This document shows, piece after piece, positions 13,171 through 24,757 of a stretch of 64,000 nt of DNA; position 1 is the first letter of the stretch, and each line of letters begins with the position of its first letter. Under the pieces are notes generated by a model. The model had not been told where the DNA came from. It saw only the letters and a program-made list of their open reading frames with translations, and did no database searches. The stretch is from Geosiphon pyriformis uo1. Its lineage: Eukaryota > Fungi > Glomeromycota. The DNA lies in assembly GCA_016748015.1 (NCBI GenBank), contig JAAOMT010000561.1, positions 8,026-72,025 on the forward strand, in the 5' to 3' direction. The position numbers were made by a program, and so were the translations under genes.

Positions 13171-14154
13171 TGTTATTTATAGAAAAAAAATACAAGAAAA
13201 TAATAGGAAAAACAGATAAGGAAAATAGACCAATAAGAGAATAGTATTTAGCATGTAAACACATTGCTCAGCAATATAAAACATTGTCAGAGAATTATGG
13301 CACATTGTTTAACAATGAGCATATTGTCAGAAATTACAGGCACATTGCTTAGCAATGTAAACATTGCTTAAGAAATCATGACACATTGCTCACGAATGTG
13401 CAGAACCTCATATAACATAAATTATATATATATAGTGAGAGTGTTAAAAGCAAAAAAAGTAATTTCAGGAGAATTCAAGAATTCCTAGAGAATTCAATAG
13501 AGTTTTATTAATTTAGAACAATCTCTTTTCTTCTCTATTTATTAACCCTTATTTCAAGGATAGTTGCTATTAACCAAAATGAAATTATATAAATAAAAAA
13601 TCTCTCCAATTCTTCAAATCTATGTTATTGTTGTTTGTTTGAAAATATAATCACTTTTTCATTTATCAACACTTCATGTTGATAAAATCTAACACTTAAC
13701 CACACTAGAACAATAGCTCTTGATCATGACTATTAATGGGATACTAACTTAAATTGCCTTGGCTTATTTCTAATTTCTTATTTTCTTTTTATTTTTTTTT
13801 CTTTTATTTTATTTTCTTTTGTTTGTTGACTTACTACTGATTAAAAAAATTAAACACTGAATAATTGACATCAAAGATAGCCTAATAAAAGACCCAAAAA
13901 TAAGGGTAGAATTATATATATTAACAAATAGCTTACCAGAAGGGCATGACTGCCAGATTAAACCAGCCACTATGCTGAAGACAGAAATTGGAAAAACAAT
14001 TTGAGAAAACAGCCTAAACCAATCAGAGTGAATCTCTGTCCATTATACAAAAAACTCCACAACAAAACCTTTAGATAAAACAATATTATATTAATTGAGC
14101 ACCAAGTTATGGGTTTGTTATTTGCTTTAAGACCCCAAATAATCACCTGTAACA
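13171..14154 (+). mobile_element. Solo LTR family B in gag
   Basis: TG...CA termini, TSD ATGG. Confidence 0.93.
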
Positions 14155-15522
14155 ATGGCTTGGGTATGGTTTGCTTCTTGTTCTGTGGATTCAAAATTAT
14201 AAGTAAGAGTGACTGCTTCTTGTAGGTTTGTTGAATGGTAAGATTGTACAGATTTTAGGAGGCTGCTCCTTAGTCCTTTAATAAATTGATTGAGAACTTG
14301 CATGGTGGTATAATAATTTTGCTCGATGGTTAGAATTTGTCGAAGGACCTGATTGAATCTTCTGAGATAAGTAGTTACTGCTTCATGGTCATTTTGTTTT
14401 ATTATACTGAATTGATTTTGCAATTGAATGAGTGTATTAGGATCACAGAAGTATTGCAAAAATACGAGTTTAAACTCTGTAAAGGAGGTAGGTTTCTCTG
14501 CAAGACTCTGATATCATGAATTAGTGATTCCAGTCAGAAAGAACGGCAGTGTCTAAATGGTGTGGTTATTGTTTCAACCATTAGTGGTAATTGCTTTCTT
14601 GGCATTCACAATCCAAGAATATGTATTATCTTCTTCATCAGAGAATTTCTCTAATTTAGCAATATCCCAGTAAGCCATGATTTGGTTAATGGGTGGGGTG
14701 TTACTGGTTACATTTGACGGAATTGGTGTCTGTGTATTCAAGTGTTCTCCAGGTGCTAATGCTGGTTGTTTTCCTTTGTCACTTGAATCAATAGGTTGTA
14801 AGATAGCTGTTCCTTCTATTAAGGAAGATGCTAATTCTGCTGAGTTTGTGCTGGTAGTGGTTTCCAAGTTGATATGTTTTCTTCTGTTTAACCAGCTGTT
14901 GGGGTAAGATTTCCAAACAGTGATTCATATTTTCTTAGTGATTTGGTCCAACTTTGTTGACTCCAAGGGTGTGAATTTTCAGGAGTTTGTGGTATTTCTA
15001 ACTGGATTTCTGGGGTGAATTGAATACAATTTTACTTTGGGATGTCTGATGATATGATAGAATTGTTGGAGAGAGGAACTTTGGTTTTTTGTTAACCGTA
15101 GACTTGTCTTGGGCAGTTGTGGAATTATTGGATCTGTTTTTGTATTTCTCCAGATTAGATTCTACTGGTTGTTGTATTTGAGAGAATTGTTTTGTCATAT
15201 AGTGTTTAATATCTGTATCGACTATGCATAGAGTTTCAGCAATTGTTCAAGTAGTGGTAGTTGTTGAGTACCCTAGTAAGCTTTGATGGATTTGTTCTTT
15301 AAGTCTTTCTGTATTAGTTGTGCAGCTTAATAAGCAGTTAATTTTTGTGTTGATATAGTTGCAAAAATCACTTTCTGCAATGGTGGTTTCTGCTGGTATT
15401 TCTAGATCTTTTCAAAAGTGTTAAAATAGTGCTCTTTTGTATGAGAAGTGGTCCTTTCCTATTGTTTCAATAGTCACCACTTTTGTGTATCTCTGGGATA
15501 TTCTGTTTTTGTAGATTTATAA

Positions 15523-15539
15523 CCTCACAGGGAGCACCA
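15523..15539 (-). promoter_or_regulatory. Primer-binding site TGGTGCTCCCTGTGAGG
   Basis: 2 nt after the family C LTR end. Complement ...CCTCACAGGGAGCACCA resembles eukaryotic elongator-Met or Ile(UAU) tRNA 3' ends. Confidence 0.75.
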
Positions 15540-15541
15540 AA

Positions 15542-17432
15542 TATTATGGGTAAACTTGGTGGGATATAAAAATAGTAACATTTGGTGCTTTCAATAATTA
15601 GTAATGCATTGTTACAAATAACTATTTGGGGTCTCAAGTCAAATAACACACCTGTAACTTGGTGCTTAAAAGCTATTTCTGTTGATAATGTTCTAAAAGT
15701 GTTGTATCTGAAGATTTTGATGGAATTCTTTGTATAATGAACAGAGATTCAATAGTGATAGTGTTTGCATGTTCAGTTGTTTTCCAATTTCTTTCTCAGC
15801 TTGATGGCCGGATTTATTCTGGCAGTTGTGCCCTTCTGGTAAGCTAACCAATAATATATATAAATCTACCCTTAGTTCTGGGTCTTTTACCAGGCTATTT
15901 GTGACGTTAATAACTCAGTACTTTTAATCCTCAATTAATTAGTATGCACACAAAATCAAAGAAAGATAAAAGAAAAAATAAGAAAATAAGCCAAGGTGAT
16001 TTGCAAGTTAGTATCCCATCAATAGCCATGATCAAGAGCTATTGTTCCAGTATGGTTAAGTATTAATTACTATCAACATGAAGTGTTAATAGTGAAGAAT
16101 GAATTTGATATAGTGAATAATTATTTATTCTTTAGGATTGTGGTAACTAAGCTAAGAATTCTTCTTGTCAATTCTTCTTCCTTTTTTCTGCTTCTAATAC
16201 TACTGCTATATATACATATTTGAGATTCCTCAATTCCTCAATTTCTTGCAACAGGAATCCTGGAATTCTGCAATTCTTGATAAGAGAAATCCTGGAATTC
16301 TGGAATCCTGCAATTCCCTGTCAGAGAATTCTGAAATTCCTGGAATTCTGCAATTCCTCTAAGAAGAATCTTGGAATTCCACATTTACTACGTCTACCTC
16401 TGATTGGCTAATATCTACTGGCTAATAATACTATATTTTCTATATTCTATGAGTAACAGCGTCTTTGGCATAATTCTGTTGGCTTATTCTTGATTATCAA
16501 TCTCTGAAAGTCTTATTTTACTGGTTGTGAATTTACCCATTGAGTTCTTTGGTTATAAAGCACAGAGTTTTGGTTTTCGCTAATTGTAACTTCTTATAAA
16601 GATGAGCTTTCTCTTTTGAGTTAACGAGTATAGTCATTAAGGTCTGACATTGTCTTTTTACCCTTTTGGTAAGCTATCAAGTTAATGTTAATATCCAAAA
16701 TCTAGGGGGAGCTTTTCTCTTTTACTAGGCTATCATAAAGTCTATTCCCAGACAGTCAATTTTACTATGTTGCCACTTCTCAAGAAAAAAATAAAAAAAA
16801 ATAAAAAAAATAAAAGCAAAGAAAGAAAGAAAATAAAAGAAAAGATAAATTAGTATTGTTAATCACCATGATCAAGAGTGATTGGTTAGAAAATTATTAA
16901 TAGTTTGAGGTGATTATACTAAGAGCATTTGTCTTAAAACAAAGGTACAAAACAATAGTTAATTCACATAAATTTCACAAAGTTCGAGAACATGAATTTG
17001 TGATTCTAATTTCTTAATAATTGATTTATTTCAGAAGATGAATATGGAATATAATTGATAAAAGTGTATAGAAATTTGATTCTCATCTAGTAATTCGTAT
17101 CTATTTGTCTTTCTACTTACTACAACTACTTGCTTTTATACTTTCTTTTGGTTTTATAGAATTGCTTCTGATTGTTTTATTATTGCTAATTATTGCTTTG
17201 TTATTTCTGTTATTGCTTTGCTCTTCTATGTTATTACTAGTTATCTTATATTATAACATGTTATCTGGTGTTATTACATGTTATTCTGTATTATCCTGCA
17301 TTATAATGCATTATTTTGCACTATCCTAAGTTATAATACATTATCCAACATTATTGTGTGCTATTCTGTGCTATGTTATGTTCTGGTCACATTACTTCCT
17401 AACTTCAGATCAGTTTTTTTACTTGAATAACA
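15542..17432 (-). repeat. 5' LTR family C (contains nested solo LTR B)
   Basis: Reverse complement of 35369-36407 once 15610-16462 is removed. Confidence 0.9.
15610..16458 (-). mobile_element. Solo LTR family B variant
   Basis: TGTTAC...GTAACA termini, TSD GCAT/GCGT. U3 carries a GGAATTCTGCAATTCCT array instead of the usual palindrome array. Confidence 0.9.
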
Positions 17433-17799
17433 ACAGTATATATTACAACAGAAAAATATTATAAAAAAAAACAAAATGTTCAATAAGTAAAATTGCTATT
17501 TTTTTTATGATCTTTGACCAATCTAATTAAAAAACTGCTCTAGTCTTCTATAATAACTATTATTGATATTAATAATAAAAAATTTTATAACATAATTACT
17601 ATTTGGTTTATTAATCACTAGTGATTACTTTTTATAATAAAAGATCATAAATTAATTAAAATATTTTAATATTTAAATATTATTTCTTAACTTATTTGTA
17701 TTAATACAATTAAGAATAAAGTCATAAAATTCTATGTTTTAAGTAAACAAAAATTAAAAATAAGTATTATCTTTATTATAAAATGTTTTTTTTTTACTT

Positions 17800-19235
17800 A
17801 TACTTATAATATAATAAATATACTTAAATATTATCAAGTCTAAATTTTTTTTTTATTAGATTTTTGAACATTTTCCAATAACAAAGTTTTTGTTTCTGTT
17901 ACTGCTCATTATATTAATAACAATTAGAACTTTTAATAAACAATAATTGATTTTAGATTAATAAGTAAATAACATAATAAAATAAATATTACAAACTAAT
18001 TTTTTAAAGTATTAAAAGATTACAGAATTACATTAAAAATATGTATATATATTCTTGCATAAATTTGGATTAGTTAATAGCCAATAATAAAATTGGCATA
18101 CTATATAGCAAAATTACTATAGTGCCTATATTATTAAAAATCATATTTTCTTAATATTAACTTAAGTTGGTTTTTATTATTGCTTTAAAATTAAATTTTT
18201 GGCATTAGTATTATCTAAGGCTTAAAGTTATCACAGTGCTTATATTATTAAAAATCATATTTCCTTAATGTTAATTTAAATAGTTTTTATTATTATTTTA
18301 AGCCAAATTTTCAGCCAAAAAGATTAAAAAAAAAGTTTAAAAAAGAATTACATTTATTTATTTTTTATACAAATTTACTATTAATTTTATTAGTTATAAC
18401 TTAATTTTTTTTCAACAGCTTTTTGCTATTATCTTTGATAATGCCATAAATAATAATATTTTTATAAGAAAGTTAACAAGAAAATTAGAAGAAGAAAACA
18501 TTCAATAGAACTCAAAAAATCTTTGATTTCAATGCTTTGATTATATTCTAAACTTGGCAATATGAAATTTTTCTAATATAAACTTTATATAAATTAAAGA
18601 TTAAAGAACTTAATTCTACAATCTGTATCTTGTTTTAATATTTTAAGCTTTTTGAATGTATTTGTAATACATGTTAAATTAAATACTGTAAACTTATTTT
18701 AGATTGTTCTATCCAGTGAAATTCTATTTACAACATGATAAAGAATAGATTTTTTTTTAAATTAACAAGTTTTTTATTTCTGATTTCTAAACATTAAACA
18801 ACCTTATTAGCACTCATATTAACTTTCATTAATATGCTATTTTACATGATCAGTGGGCTGTCTTCAATAAAATTGCTAAATATCTTGAATTATTTAAAGA
18901 TATTATAGTCAAAATATTAGCCAGTTCAAATAATACTGTCTTCTTAATTATTTTTTTCTTTAATATCATTTTTAATTATGTTAAAAACACAATTAATAAT
19001 AATGAGTCTGGTAAAACATTATAATTTTAATAGTATTTATTTGGTTATTTATTTAATATATTTAATATTAGATTTATTACTTATTATAACAACTAAAACA
19101 GCAAAAAAAAGTTGGTTAAATATTACTCTAAAACAAATACAACTGTAATATTCTGTACTGTATTGAATCCAAGAAAAAAATTCTATTATTTTATAAAAAG
19201 AGAATTTTTGGATAATAATATTAATAAAAAAGTAA
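17800..19235 (+). pseudogene. hAT-superfamily transposase relic
   Basis: Decayed hAT motifs: FVSVTAHYI, IFDNA, CFDYILNLA (CxAHxLNL), LDCSIQ*NSIYNM (TRWNSTY), TVLNPR (LDPR). Confidence 0.75.
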
Positions 19236-19240
19236 AAAAA

Positions 19241-20280
19241 ACTTCTTTCTTTTTTTCATCCAAATTTTTCAAAGAGCAATTTTTCAAAAAAAATTTTTTT
19301 TGTTTTTTATCTTACTTGTTTTATTACTTTCAACATTTTTCAAGTTAATAACCCTTTTGTGGTAAATCTGGAGGCTGCTTTGAGTAGCAGTATGTCTAAG
19401 AAAAAGGCTCTAAAAAGTGTTCTTTATGGTTCTGTTGATGGTATTTTCTTTCAAAAAAAAAAAGTTTCTGTTGGTAATATTAAGCACTCTGGTAATGAAA
19501 AAAAAATTTCTTTGACCAAATCTGATGTCAATAATAGTATATATTTAGATATAGACAGTAAATTTAGTAATAATGAGCTTGGTAGTGCTGTAATGAATTT
19601 AAGTAGTGGTTTTTTTCTCAGTTTGGCTGCAACAACTTCCAAAGCCAAAAAGTCAATGATGTTTTAATTAGTGGTTCTCCTGTTAATACTATTAATTTTG
19701 GAATAAATAAGAATATAATTTATCACTTTTTTCCTCTCAATATCTTTCTTAACAAAAAGTAGATTGATTCCAAAGTGGTAAAAACTCAGATTGAAGTATC
19801 CATTAGGAAATCTTTTGCTTTAAATATTAATTTCTCAACAGTAGAAAAAAAATCAGTGTTGGCAAAAACTCTGTTTATTAGAAAATTTTTTTCAGTTGTC
19901 AATGGTTTTAAAAGAATTACTATTTTCTCAAAATTTGAAAGGATTATCTAATTTACTTTTATTTTAGAAAAAAACATGAAAATGGTCACTTTATTGGCCA
20001 GAAAGAAAGGAATCAACATAAACAGCAATCTTAAAAAACAAAAAATGAGATCAGATCAGACTGTGATGATTAAAGAAATTTTTATGAACACATCTAAAAA
20101 TATAATCATCACTGCAGTATTTGAATTTGGAAAGATTAATTTGATCAAAATTCCATTGATTGGAATGTGACAGAAGACTGTGGTAAAGTTTGTTGAATCA
20201 AGTCATGCTAATATGTTGGCTGCAAAATAGTTATTCTTAATTGAGAAGGATTCTATACAAGTGACCAAAGCTGTGAGATT
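19241..20280 (+). mobile_element. 5' fragment (5' UTR + ORF1 start) of the LINE family at 55066-61839
   Basis: MSKKKALK..., KSFALNI, MKMVTLLARKKGININSNLKKQ match 55179-56060. Confidence 0.85.
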
Positions 20281-20466
20281 TAAAAATCTGTTAAATATTA
20301 AAAATAATTAAAACCAAATATATTTTTTTATTTTGATGCCAATTTTTTTCCCAAATTTTACTCTGAAAATATTATTTTTGCTTAATTGTTTTCTTATTTA
20401 TCAAACTTTTTTTAATTTTTTTTAAGTTTTGGCTTTATTTACAATTATTTTACAATTATTTTATAT

Positions 20467-21150
20467 TGTTACAGATTGAAGTAACAAGCTAATGGATAAC
20501 AAGAGAGAACAAAATTGTAAAGTAATGAAAGAAATCAAAAGAGAATTTAACTTTAAAGAGTGAATTGAATAAGTATGGATTCAATATATAAGATTAGTTT
20601 CATAAAATATCTCAGTTACTATACTTTCAAAAGATAACTGGGGAATCTAAAGGTAGAAAGATAGTTCATACTGTCAATAAATAATCACACACTGGTATAA
20701 TTCTATGCCTTACATTGGCACTCTTAGAATTTAATATCAAATATCAAATGTATTTTTCAGTCACGTTTTATTCAATAATTTTCAAATGTTACAATTACAC
20801 ATTTCAAAAAAAAGGTAGGAAATAATCAACAAGTAATCTTTTATCCCAAGATGTTTGAATACTTAAAGGTAAAGAAAAGAAAAATTAGCAATAAGAAAAT
20901 TGAGATGAAAGTTGTTATTTTATTTATTTGATTTCCTTTATTTTTAATATGCCTTGTATTTCTGATATGTTTTTCTACAGCTAAGAAATTTATTGCTTAT
21001 ATAGCTATTAAAAGTGGTTAATAATTAAGTCAATGACTAGATCAATGATTAGGTCAATAATCACTATCTAAAAATAGGATGGCTAATTATGTGACATCAA
21101 TGGCTAATACATGTGATAATTAATAAAAAGTGTGAGTTTCAACTGTAACA
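20467..21150 (+). mobile_element. Solo LTR family D
   Basis: TGTTACAG...CTGTAACA termini, TSD ATAT. Homologous (inverted) to 51255-51967. Orientation arbitrary. Confidence 0.85.
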
Positions 21151-22102
21151 ATATTATTAATATTAGTCTAAAAAACAATGACAAATATTAAAAAAATGAT
21201 TAAGAAATTACAAATTTCAAAAAAAATGAATAAGTCTTACTTTTTTTGGAGTTATCAACATTTTCTTAATTATCAACATTTTTCCTGTTGAAGCTTTCTC
21301 ATTATTATTAGTGGTAGTTAATGCATAAAGCAAAAGTTTCTTAATAAATTTTCCTATCAATCTCTGCAATTGGTATATAACATAAATGGAACTGATGATT
21401 TTTTATTTTGATATAATAAGTGTATTAAAGAACTTAATAAAGTTATCTTTAAATTTACAAAATAATTTCTACTAAACAAAGACTAAGATTGCAACCATAT
21501 ATACTCCCCACTTTCGGGCAAACCACAGACCCTATTATGACAAAGTCACTCAATCGCAGTTGTAGGGTGTAGTTGGGCTCTATCAACATTATGACAATTG
21601 CATGTCATGATGAAATCCATAATACAACACTCTTCTTCTCATACAGACAACCGCAGAAAATCTGTTATAAGACCTCAGTCCTGGGCGTAGCAAGTGTCAC
21701 TCTGTTGGAAGATACGAAAGGAAAAAAACCGACCTGAAGACTTTTACGAATAGAATTTCCATTCATGTAGTTTTTGCCATTGATTGGAAGCCGTTTTAAA
21801 AGTATATCAAGTTCACTTGAAAGTGCTGAATGAGAACTTTGCGATGTGCAGTCAGGCACTTCTTTGATGTAAAATACATTCCAGTCTTGTACACCACCCC
21901 ATAAATCAGAATCTGTATTCCAATAATCTAACGAAAAATAAAGTTTTTGATAAATATACTTGATATAGAGCAGAGTTCACGGAATTATATCAACTTACTG
22001 TTTTTTGATTGGCTGGTATCATCATAATGCACAATGGTGGATCCCAAAAAAAAGTTGACCAAAAACGTAGGTCCAACTTCCTACTTCTAATAACAGATAA
22101 CT

Positions 22103-24646
22103 ATGTCTACAATCCCCAATCCCCCTCCTACTCTGCACCCAAGTGAGATAGATAGATGTCTTGAGCTCCTTAACCCGTCTACTTCAGACGAAGAAAAGTT
22201 TGTTGCTCTGATGTTGCTTCCGCGTTTTCTTCAACAGAATCCGGGTTCAATAACGCTCGTCTTTAATGCAATGGATTTTCGCTTCTTGGAACGACTCCTC
22301 AGAACAAGTAAATAAAATGCTTATATGGGATTTTATGGGATTTTATCGGACTGATTTTTTTCCCTTATTGATCCAGAAAGCCTCAGCGATGTCGACTCAT
22401 CCGAAAATGTTTTAAGAGGAATAGCTGTTCAAATAATATCTTGCTTTTGTAGTTTAGAGGAATTGATATCCAAGAAACAGATAATAGCTCGTATCCCTTC
22501 CCTAGCGAATTTGATTACATCATGGTAATTCATTATATTAGCTTTGACTTCAGATCTAATACATTCTTCAACGAACTAATTATGCTTATTTAAGTAATCA
22601 ACCAGACCTAATTAAAGATGTGCTCAAAGTGTTCATTAGATTATCTTCAGAAGAGCTTGCTTTGGAACAATTAATTGAAAGAGAAAATTTTTCCAAGATA
22701 TTAATTTGTTTTACTGAGAGTCATGATTGTAAGTTTTGTATATATTGACCGGTTTAATACTTCATCATTAACAATTTGTTATATATAGACGAAATCCAAA
22801 ATCTTGGACTTACGTTGATTCGTTGTATTATCAATACATTTGTGGATTCCACGCCTTATGGATATATTATTTCGAACCAAGACTCTATCAATGAATTGTT
22901 AAATACGATTATTTATACCCTTTCCTCATCCTTCCAAATTATTCAAGGTCGAATAAAATTTGACATACTTGAAAATTTGGTTTTAATATTCTCGTCAATG
23001 TCCGATCAGGCAAGTTCACATCCCTTAAGTTTTGCCTTTGAGCAATCTTGAATATTGAAATTCAATATAGTTGGGACAGAGATTTTGGAATTTGGAGCAC
23101 AATGAGATTCCTACTTGGACTTTAAATATCCGAAATGGATTGCGGGATATCTTGGGCGGCAAAATTGGCAAGTATGATTTTGATGAAGCAGAGCTTTAGG
23201 GTTGAAAATTAACATACTCCCATTTAGGATGCGAGCAACGAGAAAAAGGACTGATTCTCGTAAACCTTTTAATGTGTAATTTTGGTGCAGAGTGGTTATT
23301 TTCGCCAACATTGAATTCAGCATCAACCAAAAAAATTGAAAAGTCGCCCGCTTACAGAATTGACGATGAATCGAAATTCGCTGTTTTAGTAGTAAAACTT
23401 GCATGTATAGAAATTCGCATGATTTTGGATCAAGTGGCGGAACAACAACAATCAGAGACAAAGCAAACTACTTTGCAACACGAACAATTGTTAGCCGCAT
23501 GTTATTCAATATTAGAAAGAACAATTGAGTATTTGTCTCAAATTGGCGAATCCCTAGAAACTGATAATGAGGAAAGTGATATCCATCGATTTATGACAAA
23601 GTTCGATCCTGATCTTTTACTGCAATTAAAAAGCACCATGACAGAGACATTTCGTGTAATTCTCGAATATTTGGTTGACATCAAGGTAAAATAAATTTGT
23701 GCCCAAGTTGTGTTGCTTCTGAAAGTCTCTTTACTAATTCCATAATCGTTTCCTACAGAATAGCTTAATAACTATAGAGACTGTTATCAATGATCCTATA
23801 GTTTTTGCAAGTATTCGTATTTTATCAGCATGGATCTCTGAAGAAGATACACTCGAAAAAGAAGTTGGTTCCGTTATCCCGTTATTTATTGATATGTCGA
23901 GACATGTGTATGAGAAATTACACATTATTTTATTACTTATTATCATAAATAGTGTATTCAACTTGTTTTTTTATTTCGCATAGAATCGAAAACGAAATGG
24001 ATTCGAGTCTCATTAACATTTTAATTCCAGCTTTCTTAAACCTTACAACCCAAGATCGAGCACGAGAAGCCTTTGTTGATCACGATGGACATGATCTAAT
24101 CATCAATTATATTGAAAAGAAATGGTTGGAATCAACTACCAGAGATATATCCGATGAATTAACTAGCGAAATTTTAGGACCCTTACAAATATTGCTTAAC
24201 ATAATCGTCGCCGAAAGTGAAAGCTTCATAGTACCTAACGAAAACAAAATTTGGAAGAGTGTAAAAATTGGGTCAGAGATCGTAGAAATTTTAGGTGAGA
24301 TAAATTTCTATAATTATGTCCGTTAGCTCTTAAAATTGTTTCACATTTTTTTTCTTCAGTACCAGGATTGAAGACGAAGGGCTATCCATTATCAAAGACA
24401 AGTCAAATAATTCTTATTGGAAATACGCTTTTATTTTGCCTTCTTTTCGTATCTGCGACTTCACAACTAGATATGGAAGAGAAAGAAATTGCGGAGAAAG
24501 TCAAAAAATTAGCAACTATTTTTTACAGGGATAAAGAAAAATTGAGATCAAAACCGGCTGTTTGGAGCCAATTAGAGGAACTGATTTTCCTTGGTGAACG
24601 TTCTCTTGTTCAAAAATCACGGGATTTACAATATTATGCTATTTAG
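22103..24646 (+). CDS. Neurochondrin-family ARM-repeat protein (multi-exon)
   Basis: N-terminal SDEEKFVALMLL...AMDFRFLERLLRT typical of neurochondrin; FGAEWLF; VKLACIEIRMILD. Short spliceosomal introns, two of them GC-AG. Confidence 0.82.
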
Positions 24647-24703
24647 CATAGCATATTCTATGTATCAAATCAGTTAGCCATTAAATTAATGAGTCAAATA
24701 TTT

Positions 24704-24717
24704 AAAGACGCGTCTTT
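24704..24717. promoter_or_regulatory. MCB (ACGCGT) element inside a perfect 14-bp palindrome
   Basis: AAAGACGCGTCTTT about 40 bp upstream of the FEN1 ATG. Confidence 0.55.
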
Positions 24718-24757
24718 CAATACAAGAGTAATAAGAACCAAATTTTTTGTTTGAAAT

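Larger units (their letters stand above)
7756..17432 (-). mobile_element. Degenerate Ty3/Gypsy retrotransposon (family C LTR): 5' LTR-PBS-gag-protease-Cys-rich-dUTPase-RT-RNase H; 3' part displaced by the family B element
   Basis: 5' LTR 15542-17432. Gag (LQNQFSIIKQ...QFIKGL; knuckle CYYCQKPEH at about 12915-12960). Protease LILDNRSAGS at about 11290-11320. dUTPase 9570-9940. RT YLDD at 8292-8663. Confidence 0.92.

Noticed and set aside
18110-18310. About 80-bp direct repeat in the hAT relic
   Set aside because: Simple local duplication or small insertion, with no further structure.
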